A stretch of 64,000 bases of DNA from an uncultured Flavobacterium sp. (GTDB lineage Bacteria > Bacteroidota > Bacteroidia > Flavobacteriales > Flavobacteriaceae), in contig CAZSOC010000001.1 of the NCBI GenBank assembly GCA_964608415.1, forward strand, positions 174,083-238,082. Reading direction: 5' to 3'. Positions within the stretch are counted from its first letter, which is position 1, and the number at the start of each line of letters is the position of its first letter. Made by a program: the position numbers and the translations under genes. Below are positions 35,144 through 45,103 of this stretch, one piece after another. Below the pieces are notes generated by a model. That model was not told the origin of the DNA, ran no database searches, and saw only the letters and a list, made by a program, of their open reading frames with translations.

Positions 35144-37750
35144 TTGACTTCGAAATCAAAAGAAACAAAAGAAACTCCTTTAATGAAACAATATAATGAG
35201 ATCAAGGCAAAATATCCGGATGCCTGTTTGTTGTTTAGAGTTGGAGATTTTTATGAAACTTTTGGAGAAGACGCTGTTCGGTCTTCAAAAATATTAGGTA
35301 TTGTTTTAACCAAAAGAGGAGCAGGCTCTGTAAATGAAACCGCTTTGGCCGGATTTCCTCATCATTCTTTGAATACTTATTTGCCGAAATTGGTAAAAGC
35401 TGGTTTGAGAGTTGCTATTTGCGACCAGCTTGAAGATCCCAAAATGACCAAAACCATAGTAAAGAGAGGCGTGACAGAATTGGTAACTCCTGGTGTTTCT
35501 ATGAATGACGAAGTCCTGCAATCTAAGTCTAATAATTTTTTGGCCTCAGTTTATTTTGCAAAAAAGGGATTAGGCATTTCGTTACTTGATGTTTCTACAG
35601 GAGAATTTTTGACAGCCCAAGGAAATGAGGAATATATAGATAAGTTACTACAAAATTTTAGTCCCAGTGAAGTTTTGGTTCCCAAACATAATAAAAGCGA
35701 TTTTAAAAATGTTTTCGGAGAAGATTTTCATGTATTTTATTTGGAAGATTGGATTTATAAAAGTGATTATGCAAATGAAGTACTTACTAATCACTTCAAA
35801 ACTAATTCGCTAAAAGGTTTTGGAATAGATGAGCTGCAAGATGGAATTATTGCATCAGGAGCAATCCTGTATTATTTATCCGAAACACAACACAATAAAG
35901 TTCAGCATATTACTTCAATTCAAAGAATAGCAGAAGATTCTTATGTTTGGATGGATCGTTTTACCATTAGAAATTTAGAATTATATAACAGTTATAATCC
36001 AAATGCTACAACTTTATTGGATGTTATAGACAAAACTTTAACCCCGATGGGAGGAAGACTGCTCAAAAGATGGCTGGCACTTCCGCTAATGGATATCAAA
36101 AAAATAAACGAAAGATTGCAAGTTGTAGGATTTCTGAAAGAACATGGAAAGGTACTTTCGACCATACAATATCAAATTAAACAAATTTCAGATTTAGAAA
36201 GACTTATTTCAAAAATTGCAACCGGAAAAGTGAGTCCCAGAGAAGTAATTTATCTTAAAGATTCCTTGGATGCGATTATTCCTATTAAGAAAATTGCTTT
36301 AGAAAGTTCGAATGAAGCTTTAAAAATAATCGGGGATAGTCTTAACAGTTGCGAATTGTTGAGAGAAAAAATAAAAAACACACTTAATCCCGAAGCTCCG
36401 GTGGCTATTTCTAAAGGAAATGCGATTGCCAAAGGTATAAATGAAGAACTTGATGAATTGAGAAATATTTCCAGTATGGGAAAAGAATTTCTTGAAGCCA
36501 TTGAAAAAAGAGAGTCCGAAACGACAGGTATTACCTCACTGAAAATTTCTTTTAATAATGTTTTTGGTTACTATATTGAAGTAAGAAATACACACAAAGA
36601 CAAAGTCCCTGAAAATTGGATCAGAAAACAAACCTTAGTTAATGCCGAAAGATACATTACTGAAGAACTCAAAGAATATGAGACTAAAATTTTAGGAGCA
36701 GAAGAAAAAATATACAAATTGGAAGTTACTATTTTTGAAGAATTGATCAATTGGATTACTAATTATATTAAATCAGTTCAGCTTAATGCACAACTTATAG
36801 CTCAATTGGATTGTTTGAACTCTTTTACTCAATTAGCAATCGATCACAATTATATTTGTCCCGTTTTGAACGATTCTTTCGAACTGGATATTAAGAACGG
36901 CAGACATCCTGTAATTGAAAGACAATTGCCGGTTGGAGTTCCTTATATAGCCAACGATGTTTATCTCAACAGGGAAACCCAGCAAATAATAATGATCACA
37001 GGCCCAAATATGTCGGGTAAATCGGCAATTCTCAGACAAACAGCATTGATTGTTTTATTGGCCCAAATGGGAAGTTTTGTCCCTGCAGAAAACGCAAAAA
37101 TGGGTATTGTGGATAAGATTTTTACCAGAGTTGGTGCTTCGGATAATATCTCTATGGGAGAATCTACATTTATGGTAGAAATGAATGAAACAGCTTCTAT
37201 TTTGAATAATATATCAGACAGAAGTTTGGTTTTACTCGATGAGATTGGTCGGGGAACAAGTACTTATGATGGTGTTTCAATAGCTTGGGCAATAGCAGAA
37301 TATCTGCACGAGCATCCAACGAAACCCAAAACATTATTCGCCACACATTATCATGAGTTAAACGAAATGACAGAAATACTGCCTCGTATTCAGAATTATA
37401 ATGTTTCGGTAAAAGAGCTTAAGGATACTGTTTTGTTTTTAAGAAAACTGGTTGTAGGAGGAAGTGCACATAGTTTTGGGATTCATGTTGCAAAAATGGC
37501 GGGCATGCCACAAACGGTTATTGAAAAAGCAAAAAAAATATTGGTTAGATTAGAAAAAGACAAATCCTTAGACAAATCTGAGGTTTTGAAACAACAGAAA
37601 GAAGAGATACAGATGAGTTTCTTTAACCTGGACGATCCGTTATTGGAAGAAATAAAAGATGAAATTCTTAATCTGGATATTAATACACTTACTCCTGTAG
37701 AAGCATTAATGAAGCTTAATGAGATAAAAAGGATGCTGACAAGAAAATAA
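35144..37750 (+). CDS. mutS: DNA mismatch repair protein MutS
   Basis: TPLMKQY, FRVGDFYETF, Walker A ITGPNMSGKS, STFMVEM, LDEIGRGTST, FATHYHEL. TTG at 35144 is the likelier start (frame open from 35117). Confidence 0.97.
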   Translation: MTSKSKETKETPLMKQYNEIKAKYPDACLLFRVGDFYETFGEDAVRSSKILGIVLTKRGAGSVNETALAGFPHHSLNTYLPKLVKAGLRVAICDQLEDPKMTKTIVKRGVTELVTPGVSMNDEVLQSKSNNFLASVYFAKKGLGISLLDVSTGEFLTAQGNEEYIDKLLQNFSPSEVLVPKHNKSDFKNVFGEDFHVFYLEDWIYKSDYANEVLTNHFKTNSLKGFGIDELQDGIIASGAILYYLSETQHNKVQHITSIQRIAEDSYVWMDRFTIRNLELYNSYNPNATTLLDVIDKTLTPMGGRLLKRWLALPLMDIKKINERLQVVGFLKEHGKVLSTIQYQIKQISDLERLISKIATGKVSPREVIYLKDSLDAIIPIKKIALESSNEALKIIGDSLNSCELLREKIKNTLNPEAPVAISKGNAIAKGINEELDELRNISSMGKEFLEAIEKRESETTGITSLKISFNNVFGYYIEVRNTHKDKVPENWIRKQTLVNAERYITEELKEYETKILGAEEKIYKLEVTIFEELINWITNYIKSVQLNAQLIAQLDCLNSFTQLAIDHNYICPVLNDSFELDIKNGRHPVIERQLPVGVPYIANDVYLNRETQQIIMITGPNMSGKSAILRQTALIVLLAQMGSFVPAENAKMGIVDKIFTRVGASDNISMGESTFMVEMNETASILNNISDRSLVLLDEIGRGTSTYDGVSIAWAIAEYLHEHPTKPKTLFATHYHELNEMTEILPRIQNYNVSVKELKDTVLFLRKLVVGGSAHSFGIHVAKMAGMPQTVIEKAKKILVRLEKDKSLDKSEVLKQQKEEIQMSFFNLDDPLLEEIKDEILNLDINTLTPVEALMKLNEIKRMLTRK

Positions 37751-37814
37751 TTTTTTTGGCAGACACTTGAATTCAGAAACTTAGCTCTTTTGTCTGATTT
37801 TTTTTAAAAAAAGG

Positions 37815-37844
37815 TTTGGAAAAATAAATAAAAGTGCTACATTT
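37815..37844 (+). promoter_or_regulatory. tRNA operon promoter
   Basis: -33 TTTG (37815-37818) and -7 TACATTTG (37837-37844). Confidence 0.8.
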
Positions 37845-37890
37845 GCATCCGCAATACAGAACAAGTATTTAGTTCTTAAATATAATTTCT

Positions 37891-37963
37891 GCGAAAATAG
37901 CTCAGTTGGTAGAGCGCGACCTTGCCAAGGTCGAGGTCGCGGGTTCGAGCCCCGTTTTTCGCT
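37891..37963 (+). tRNA. tRNA-Gly (GCC)
   Basis: Acceptor GCGAAAA/TTTTCGC; D arm GCTCAGTTGGTAGAGC; anticodon stem CGACC-TTGCCAA-GGTCG; T loop GGTTCGAG; CCA not encoded. Confidence 0.97.
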
Positions 37964-37977
37964 CAAAACCATATAAT

Positions 37978-38063
37978 GCTCGGATGGTGAAATTGGTAGA
38001 CACGCTGGACTTAAAATCCAGTGAACAGCAATGTTCGTGCGGGTTCAAGTCCCGCTCTGAGTA
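37978..38063 (+). tRNA. tRNA-Leu (TAA)
   Basis: Acceptor GCTCGGA/TCTGAGT; anticodon stem CTGGA-CTTAAAA-TCCAG; long variable arm; GGTTCAAG T loop. Confidence 0.95.
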
Positions 38064-38065
38064 CT

Positions 38066-38096
38066 AAAGCCCGTAATGAAAATTACGGGCTTTTTT
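38066..38096 (+). terminator. tRNA operon terminator
   Basis: AAAGCCCGTAAT-GAAA-ATTACGGGCTTT followed by Ts. Confidence 0.9.
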
Positions 38097-38123
38097 ATTT
38101 TCATATTTTATTTATAAAAAATA

Positions 38124-38477
38124 ATGGGCACATTTGTAATTTCTAAAAAACATAATGACGAGTATAAATTTGTTTACACTTCTAGGAAGGGTAAAATTGT
38201 TTTTTCGAGTTTTGGTTATGAATTAAAGATGTATGCGGAGGAAGATATCGATTTTATAAAGGAAAATATAGAGTATGTGGAATGCCTGAAATTTAAATCT
38301 TCTAACGGGAAGTATTTTTATAAATTGGTTATTAATGAGAAAGTGTATGCAACAAGTAGAAAATTTTCTACCGAATTGAGATTTGCAAAAGGAATAGAAG
38401 AAGTTTATAAGTATGTGGCTCAGTCTGAAATATTAGATTTTTCCGGAGTTTCGATCTTTGATGAAGAAAATATATAA
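38124..38477 (+). CDS. YegP/DUF1508 family protein
   Basis: Two tandem ~50-aa units: F-x-I-x-K...YKF...GKIVFSS-x-GY and KSSNGKYFY...YATS-x-x-F. Confidence 0.75.
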   Translation: MGTFVISKKHNDEYKFVYTSRKGKIVFSSFGYELKMYAEEDIDFIKENIEYVECLKFKSSNGKYFYKLVINEKVYATSRKFSTELRFAKGIEEVYKYVAQSEILDFSGVSIFDEENI

Positions 38478-38506
38478 AAAAAAATCCCGCAATTGCGGGA
38501 TTAAAT
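38478..38506. terminator. Bidirectional hairpin (AAATCCCG family)
   Basis: AAAATCCCGCAATTGCGGGATT between convergent genes. Confidence 0.7.
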
Positions 38507-38524
38507 TTTTTCTTCTAGCTGTAA

Positions 38525-38722
38525 TTATTCAGCTGGAGTCTCAACAGGAGCTTCAACATTTAAAGAATCAGCGTCAACTTCAACAGGAGCTTCAACTTCA
38601 ACAGGAGCCTCAACTTCAGTTGCTTCAACTTCAGCCTCAGCTTCTTTAGCAGTGTCTTTACAAGAAACAACACCAACGCTTAAGAAAGCTACTAATGCTA
38701 AGCTTAAAAATACTTTTTTCAT
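38525..38722 (-). CDS. Small acidic low-complexity lipoprotein
   Basis: Lipobox VGVVSC after MKKVFLSLALVAF; mature part is VEAPVE-type repeats; -7 box TATCTTTG on the minus strand at 38760-38767. Confidence 0.8.
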   Translation of the reverse strand: MKKVFLSLALVAFLSVGVVSCKDTAKEAEAEVEATEVEAPVEVEAPVEVDADSLNVEAPVETPAE

Positions 38723-38877
38723 CTTAATTTAATATAAAAGGTTAATTATTAATTCGAGGCAAAGATATAAATTTTTTAATATCTTAATTTTTTTTCAAAA
38801 AAATATTTTTCAAAAAAATCTATTAATTTGCAACATTTTTCATTTAGCAATTATTATGCCAAAAAAATCAATTAAAA

Positions 38878-41025
38878 TTATTTTTTCTTCTTTTTAGGAT
38901 GAACTAATTTCATTTCTTTGATCAAGTGATGGGCATTGGCGTATTTATCAATTATAAAAAGTATGTATCTTGCATCAACCATAATGTTCCTGCAGATGGC
39001 GGGGTCATAATAAACATCACTCATTGTTCCTTCCCAAACCCGGTCAAAATTTAATCCGATCAAATTTCCGTGTGCATCTATTGCAGGGCTTCCGGAATTT
39101 CCTCCTGTAGTGTGGTTTGTACCAATGAAGTTTACCGGTAATTTTCCGTTTTCTGCATATTGACCATAGTCTTTTTTGTTGTACAGATCGATTAATTTTT
39201 CCGGAACATCAAATTCGTAATCACCGGGAATATATTTTTCCATAACTCCGTCAAGGTAAGTAACAGGGGTGTAAATGGTAGCATCTTTTGGTTCGTATCC
39301 TTTTACTTTTCCGTAAGTTACACGAAGTGTACTGTTGGCATCCGGGAAAATCCTGGAGTTTTTGTTCAGTTCTAATTGTGCTTTCATGTAGGTTCTTTGT
39401 AAAGCACTGATTTGAGTATTGATTTCTTCGTATTTTGGATTGACATCATTGAGAAATTTTTCTCCTATGGTTTTAGTCAATTGAAAAGCTTTATCGTTAT
39501 TTAATTTTTCCATAACGGTTTTCCCTTCGCCGGCTAATAGTTCTTTTAGATCACCATAAGTAAGTGTTTTGGAAGTACTATAAATTTCTTTTGTGAGTTT
39601 TTGTATATCGGCATTTACTAAAGTTGCCGGTACAAATTGTTGCGGAGATTTTTTGGCGTACATTTCTATTAGCTGTTCAAAAACTTTTTCGTCTACATTT
39701 GCGTTAAAGTCTTTGTAAAAACTTTCTAAACTTGTAATAAGATTATTTCTTCGGTCATTAAAGGATTGTTCTCCTCTGGCATTGAAGACCTGTTCCAGTT
39801 GAAATAATTTATAATTTAAAGTAAGTAATTCTGTATTTCGGAGAACGACTTCCATAAAATATTCTCTGCTTATTGCATACGGCTTGATTTCGGTATATAA
39901 TTTTTCGAATTCCGGCAATAAATTCCCATACTCATTTTGTTTGTTTGCTTTGTTTACTTTTTGTCTGAAGTCTTGTTCTTCTTGCTGTTTTATAGCAATT
40001 GCGTTAGATTTTTTTAATCCCTGACTTTCTCCGATCCATTTTTTCCAGTAATTGGCAATTCTTGCGAATTTTGAAGCATATTGAATTTTTATTGTTTGGT
40101 CTTCTCTCATAAACCCATCGGTTACTTTGAGTGCTTTGTCCCGAATTTCGATTCGTGCAGGATTCAAATCATATACAATTTGTTCGATTGCAGCTGCCGG
40201 CAAATACTCTGTGGTTTTTCCGGGATAACCAAAAACCAGAGTAAAATCGTCTTCTGAAACACCATCTAATGAAATTGGTAAAAAGTGTTTCGGCGTATAA
40301 GGAATATTGTCTTTTGAATATTCTGCAGGGCGATTGTTTTTATCTGCATAAATTCTGAAAAGTGCAAAATCTCCGGTATGTCTTGGCCAGACCCAATTGT
40401 CTGTGTCAGATCCGAATTTCCCTACAGATGAAGGCGGAGCGCCTACTAATCTTATGTCTTTATACGTTTCTGTTACATATAACATATATTGATTTCCTTC
40501 AAAAAAAGTTCGGATCATTACATCCTGCCAGGCTTCTTTTGAGTAATTATTACTCACTTTGGAAATGTTTTGCTGAATTTTCTTTTGCTTTTCATTTTCT
40601 GAGACAATTAGATCTACTCCTTCTAAAACCTGCTTGGTAACATCCTCTATTAGTACAATAAAAGTTACGTCCAAATCTTTATTAGGAAGTTCTTCTTCTA
40701 GTGACATTGCCCAAAATCCATTGGTAATATAATCGTTCTCTACCGAAGAATGGGACTGGATTTCTCCATAACCACAATGGTGGTTAGTAAGTAACAGACC
40801 TTTTGGAGAAATAACTTCAGAAGTACAGCCTCCGTTAAAATGTGGTACAGCATCTTTTAAGCTCGATTTATTTACATTGTAAATATCGGTAACGGACATT
40901 TTCATACCGAGACTTTTCATCTCTTTTTCATTCATTCCTTCAAGTAAGGAAGGAATCCACATTCCGCCTTGTTGTGCTTGTGTTTGAAAAGCGATGAATA
41001 CGAATAGTAGTTTTAAAAATTTCAT
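38878..41025 (-). CDS. S46 family dipeptidyl peptidase (DPP11-like)
   Basis: GGMWIP, TNHHCG, FGSDTDNWVWPRHTGDF, HTTGGNSGSP, LNFDRVWE. Start MKFLKLL (41025) preferred over 41085. Confidence 0.92.
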   Translation of the reverse strand: MKFLKLLFVFIAFQTQAQQGGMWIPSLLEGMNEKEMKSLGMKMSVTDIYNVNKSSLKDAVPHFNGGCTSEVISPKGLLLTNHHCGYGEIQSHSSVENDYITNGFWAMSLEEELPNKDLDVTFIVLIEDVTKQVLEGVDLIVSENEKQKKIQQNISKVSNNYSKEAWQDVMIRTFFEGNQYMLYVTETYKDIRLVGAPPSSVGKFGSDTDNWVWPRHTGDFALFRIYADKNNRPAEYSKDNIPYTPKHFLPISLDGVSEDDFTLVFGYPGKTTEYLPAAAIEQIVYDLNPARIEIRDKALKVTDGFMREDQTIKIQYASKFARIANYWKKWIGESQGLKKSNAIAIKQQEEQDFRQKVNKANKQNEYGNLLPEFEKLYTEIKPYAISREYFMEVVLRNTELLTLNYKLFQLEQVFNARGEQSFNDRRNNLITSLESFYKDFNANVDEKVFEQLIEMYAKKSPQQFVPATLVNADIQKLTKEIYSTSKTLTYGDLKELLAGEGKTVMEKLNNDKAFQLTKTIGEKFLNDVNPKYEEINTQISALQRTYMKAQLELNKNSRIFPDANSTLRVTYGKVKGYEPKDATIYTPVTYLDGVMEKYIPGDYEFDVPEKLIDLYNKKDYGQYAENGKLPVNFIGTNHTTGGNSGSPAIDAHGNLIGLNFDRVWEGTMSDVYYDPAICRNIMVDARYILFIIDKYANAHHLIKEMKLVHPKKKKK

Positions 41026-41151
41026 GGATAATGTATTTGGTAAATATCGTTTTGAATTAAATCCCCGGCAATATAATATTTTCAATTATAAAAAAGGGTC
41101 GGATTAACATTTTCATAGTTTTTTAATCCAAAATTTTAATGAAAATACGGA

Positions 41152-41589
41152 TTATTTTTGCATAATCAACCTGTCATGAATGATAAATTGATGTTTTTTG
41201 TAGATATTTTGAGCGATAATGTTGTGTGGTTCGACTTCGAGATAATAGAGGTTGATGTTGAGTTTTTCTTTTTGAGTGTCAATAAATCTCATCGTTTCCT
41301 GGGCAATTCCGGATCCTCTAAAATGAGATTTTATAAAGAGTTCATCCAAAAATGCAATTCTCCCACCATATTCAAAGCTGAAAATAAAGGTCAAAATTAG
41401 ATAACCGGCTGTTTTTTTGTGATAATTTATAACCCATCCATTTCCCAAATGAGGATTAGATATAAATTCGCCCATGAGTAAGTTTGCTTTTTCGGTATCA
41501 AAAGGATAATTGTCTATTTTATAGAAATCTTCCATCATCGATATGACTTCTGTTTTGTTTGAAATTGAAAAAGGAATAAATTCGATCAT
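41152..41589 (-). CDS. GNAT family N-acetyltransferase
   Basis: FSFEYGG.IAFLDELFIK..FRGSGIA acetyl-CoA binding motif. Confidence 0.85.
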   Translation of the reverse strand: MIEFIPFSISNKTEVISMMEDFYKIDNYPFDTEKANLLMGEFISNPHLGNGWVINYHKKTAGYLILTFIFSFEYGGRIAFLDELFIKSHFRGSGIAQETMRFIDTQKEKLNINLYYLEVEPHNIIAQNIYKKHQFIIHDRLIMQK

Positions 41590-41593
41590 TGAC

Positions 41594-42832
41594 TTAAGAA
41601 TTAGAGTTGATATAATTCATAATAATACGAGTTGCCTGATTATTCATCTGAACAAAAGTTTCGCAAATATGACCTTGTTCTAATCTTGTTTCTTCATTTT
41701 GAAGAAGGTTTTCTATTGTGCTAATAAATGATTCCGAATTTGAAATACTGATACATCCTCCAATTTTTACAAGTGCTTTGGCTTCTTCAAAATGATTATA
41801 ATTGGGACCAATTATTATTGGAATCCCAAAAGTTGCAGGTTCTAAAATATTGTGAACTCCTGGATTTCCAAAACCTCCGCCAACGTATGCAATATCTGCG
41901 TAGCTATAAATTTTTGTGAGTAAACCAATAGTATCTATAATCATTACATCATTTTCTGCCAGATTTTTGCCTTCTTTTTCAGAGAACAGGACTGTTTTTT
42001 TATTGATTTTATTTTTTAATTGAAGAATTTGGCTGGGTTTGATGTTGTGAGGAGCAATAATGATTTTTGTATCAAAAATAGTTTGATTGATAAAAGTGAT
42101 CAGAATTTCTTCATCTTTCGGCCATGAGCTACCTATAACCAAAGTGATTTTTTTTTGAATAAAGTTTTCAATAAATTCAAGCTGATTATTTTGATTTAAA
42201 ATAGCCGAAACTCTATCAAATCTTGTATCGCCTGATATGGTTACATTATTCTTGCCTAATTTATTTAGTAACTCTTTTGAACTGCTGTTTTGTACGAAAA
42301 AATGAGTAAATGCGTTGAGAGATTTTCTGTAAAAACCTCCATACCATTTGAAAAATGCCTGATTTTTCCTAAGAATTCCGGAAATGAGGTAAGTATCAAT
42401 ATTGTTTTTATGAAGCTCATTAAGGAAATTAGGCCAATATTCATATTTGATAAAAAAGACCTTTTCAGGGTGAACAATTTCGATAAATTTTTTTGCATTA
42501 GAAATAGAATCTAAAGGGAGATATACGATTATATCTGCGGTATTTACATTTTTTCGTACTTCAAAACCGGAAGGAGAAAAAAAGGTAAGCAGGATTTTAT
42601 GTTGAGGAAATTTTTCCCGGATTTTTTCCATAACAGGAAGACCTTGTTCATATTCTCCCAAGGAAGCTGCGTGAAACCATATTATCTTGTCGTTTTTATG
42701 AATTTTATTCTCTAGAATCGTAAAAGTTTTTTTTCGTCCGCTAACAAACAAATTTATTTTAGGACTGAACAAAGCGATAATTTTTAAGAGTTGCTGTGCT
42801 ATGAGAATGATGAAATTATACAGTAAAAACAT
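41594..42832 (-). CDS. waaA: 3-deoxy-D-manno-octulosonic acid (Kdo) transferase
   Basis: IWFHAASLGEYEQ, YLPLD, FIKYEYWPN, YVGGGF...HNILEPA. Confidence 0.93.
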   Translation of the reverse strand: MFLLYNFIILIAQQLLKIIALFSPKINLFVSGRKKTFTILENKIHKNDKIIWFHAASLGEYEQGLPVMEKIREKFPQHKILLTFFSPSGFEVRKNVNTADIIVYLPLDSISNAKKFIEIVHPEKVFFIKYEYWPNFLNELHKNNIDTYLISGILRKNQAFFKWYGGFYRKSLNAFTHFFVQNSSSKELLNKLGKNNVTISGDTRFDRVSAILNQNNQLEFIENFIQKKITLVIGSSWPKDEEILITFINQTIFDTKIIIAPHNIKPSQILQLKNKINKKTVLFSEKEGKNLAENDVMIIDTIGLLTKIYSYADIAYVGGGFGNPGVHNILEPATFGIPIIIGPNYNHFEEAKALVKIGGCISISNSESFISTIENLLQNEETRLEQGHICETFVQMNNQATRIIMNYINSNS

Positions 42833-42930
42833 TGTTGGAATTTAGAGGTGCTAATTTACATTACTTTCACTTAATTCCATTGCTGCTCGTAATTTAATTA
42901 TTATTTTTGCTTGATTTTAATCCTTATTCG

Positions 42931-44061
42931 ATGAAAAAAATTCAAATGGTTGATCTTAAAGGTCAGTATGAAAAAATAAAATCTACAGTCAATAGTTCTA
43001 TTCAGGAAGTATTGGAGACCAACACATATATTAATGGACCTTTAGTTCATCAATTTCAGAAAAATTTAGAAAACTATTTAGGAGTAAAACACGTAATTCC
43101 TTGTGCGAACGGTACAGATGGTTTGCAAATTGCCATGATGGGATTGGATCTTAAGCCGGGAGATGAAGTTATTACCGCAGATTTTACTTTTGCAGCAACG
43201 GTTGAAGTAATTGCGTTATTGCAATTAACTCCGGTTTTGGTAGATGTAGAAATAGATACTTTTAATATTTCTGTTGAAGCAATAAAAAAAGCAATTACTC
43301 CAAAAACCAAAGCAATAGTTCCGGTACATTTATTCGGTCAGGCGGCTAATATGGATGAAATTATGCAATTGGCAAAAGAACATAATTTATATGTAATTGA
43401 AGATAATGCTCAGGCAATAGGAGCCAATTATACTTCAAAGGCAGGAAATAAAACTAAAGTCGGAACAATAGGTCACGTGGCATCAACATCTTTTTTTCCT
43501 TCAAAAAATTTAGGATGTTATGGTGACGGAGGGGCAATTTTTACCAACGATGACGAATTGGCTCATAGATTAAGAGGAATTGTAAATCACGGAATGTATG
43601 TGCGTTATCACCATGATGTAGTTGGGGTAAACTCACGATTGGACAGTATGCAGGCAGGAGTTTTAAATGCAAAACTACCATTTCTTGATGATTACAATCA
43701 GGCTCGTAGAAAAGCTGCTTCTAAATATAATATGATATTAAAAAATCATAAAAATATAATTGTCCCGAAGTTTGATGAATCCGGGGATGACCATGTTTTT
43801 CATCAATATACTTTAAGGATAATCGATGCAGACAGAGATGGTTTAATGGATCATTTGTTAGGTAAAGAAATACCATGCGCCATTTATTATCCGATTCCAT
43901 TACATAGTCAAAAAGCATATTTAGACCCAAGGTATAAAGAAGAAGATTTTCCGGTAACCAATCAACTGGTTAAGCAAGTTTTATCATTACCAATGCATAC
44001 AGAATTGGATGATGAACAAATTACTTATATTACATCCAGTATTCTTGAGTTTTTAAAATAA
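42931..44061 (+). CDS. DegT/DnrJ/EryC1/StrS PLP-dependent sugar aminotransferase
   Basis: ANGTDGLQIA, PVHLFGQ, IEDNAQA, SFFPSKNLG (PLP Lys), NSRLD. Start MKKIQMVD preferred. Confidence 0.93.
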   Translation: MKKIQMVDLKGQYEKIKSTVNSSIQEVLETNTYINGPLVHQFQKNLENYLGVKHVIPCANGTDGLQIAMMGLDLKPGDEVITADFTFAATVEVIALLQLTPVLVDVEIDTFNISVEAIKKAITPKTKAIVPVHLFGQAANMDEIMQLAKEHNLYVIEDNAQAIGANYTSKAGNKTKVGTIGHVASTSFFPSKNLGCYGDGGAIFTNDDELAHRLRGIVNHGMYVRYHHDVVGVNSRLDSMQAGVLNAKLPFLDDYNQARRKAASKYNMILKNHKNIIVPKFDESGDDHVFHQYTLRIIDADRDGLMDHLLGKEIPCAIYYPIPLHSQKAYLDPRYKEEDFPVTNQLVKQVLSLPMHTELDDEQITYITSSILEFLK

Positions 44062-44070
44062 CAGATAAAA

Positions 44071-45096
44071 ATGAAAATACTTGTTACCGGTGGTTTAGGT
44101 TATATTGGTTCGCATACGGTAGTAGAGCTTCAAAACGAGGGATATGAAGTTGTGATCATTGATAATCTTACTAATTCAAGTATAGATATTTTAGATGGAA
44201 TCCAAAAGATTACAGGTATAACACCGGTTTTCGAAAAACTGGATCTAAAAGATAAATTTCAGATCATTTCGTTTTTCGAAAAACATAACGATATCGAAGG
44301 AGTAATTCATTTTGCAGCTTCAAAAGCTGTTGGAGAAAGTGTAGAAAACCCGTTGATGTATTATGAAAATAACATCAGTACATTGGTTTACTTGCTACAA
44401 CAGGTATGCCGCAAACTCGATCCAAAATTTATTTTCAGTTCCTCTTGTACGGTATATGGTCAATCAGAAATAATGCCTATTACAGAAAATGCAACTATTC
44501 AGCCGGCAATATCTCCTTATGGAAATACCAAGAGAATAGGAGAGGAAATTATTCTGGATGTTGCAAAAACATCCAACCTCAATGCTGTTCTTTTGAGATA
44601 TTTTAACCCGATTGGAGCCCATTCGAGTGCCAACATCGGAGAATTACCAACAGGAGTTCCGCAAAATTTGGTTCCGTTTGTTACACAAACAGCTATTGGT
44701 TTACGTAAAGAGTTATCGGTTTACGGAAATGATTACCCCACTCCGGACGGCACCTGTATCCGGGATTATATTCATGTGGTAGATGTGGCAAAAGCTCATG
44801 TAATTGCATTGCAAAGATTATTGAATGGTGAAAATTTAGAAAAAGTTGAAGTTTTTAACCTTGGAACCGGTTCCGGAAGTTCTGTACTTGAAGTAATTGA
44901 AACTTTCGAAAAAATAACTGAATCAAAATTATCATATAAAATAGTAGAAAGAAGAGAAGGAGATGTGGTAAGAGCGTATGCAGATACAAAAAAAGCAAAC
45001 GACGTTTTAGGATGGAAAGCAGTTTCAAGTCTGGAACAAGCCTTAGAATCTGCATGGAAATGGGAACAAAAGATCAGAAGATCAAATAACTTATAA
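44071..45096 (+). CDS. galE: UDP-glucose 4-epimerase
   Basis: ILVTGGLGYIGSHT, HFAASKAVGES, FSSSCTVYG, YGNTK, LRYFNPIGAH. Confidence 0.95.
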   Translation: MKILVTGGLGYIGSHTVVELQNEGYEVVIIDNLTNSSIDILDGIQKITGITPVFEKLDLKDKFQIISFFEKHNDIEGVIHFAASKAVGESVENPLMYYENNISTLVYLLQQVCRKLDPKFIFSSSCTVYGQSEIMPITENATIQPAISPYGNTKRIGEEIILDVAKTSNLNAVLLRYFNPIGAHSSANIGELPTGVPQNLVPFVTQTAIGLRKELSVYGNDYPTPDGTCIRDYIHVVDVAKAHVIALQRLLNGENLEKVEVFNLGTGSGSSVLEVIETFEKITESKLSYKIVERREGDVVRAYADTKKANDVLGWKAVSSLEQALESAWKWEQKIRRSNNL

Positions 45097-45103
45097 GTAA
45101 GAT

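Noticed and set aside
37781-37972. 63-aa minus-strand ORF (MVLSEKRGSNPRPRPWQGRALPTELFS...)
   Set aside because: Antisense shadow of tRNA-Gly; this peptide pattern arises from reading a tRNA backwards.
37891-38477. tRNA pair as an integration site for a genomic island
   Set aside because: No duplicated tRNA 3' end or integrase downstream; the flanking genes look chromosomal.
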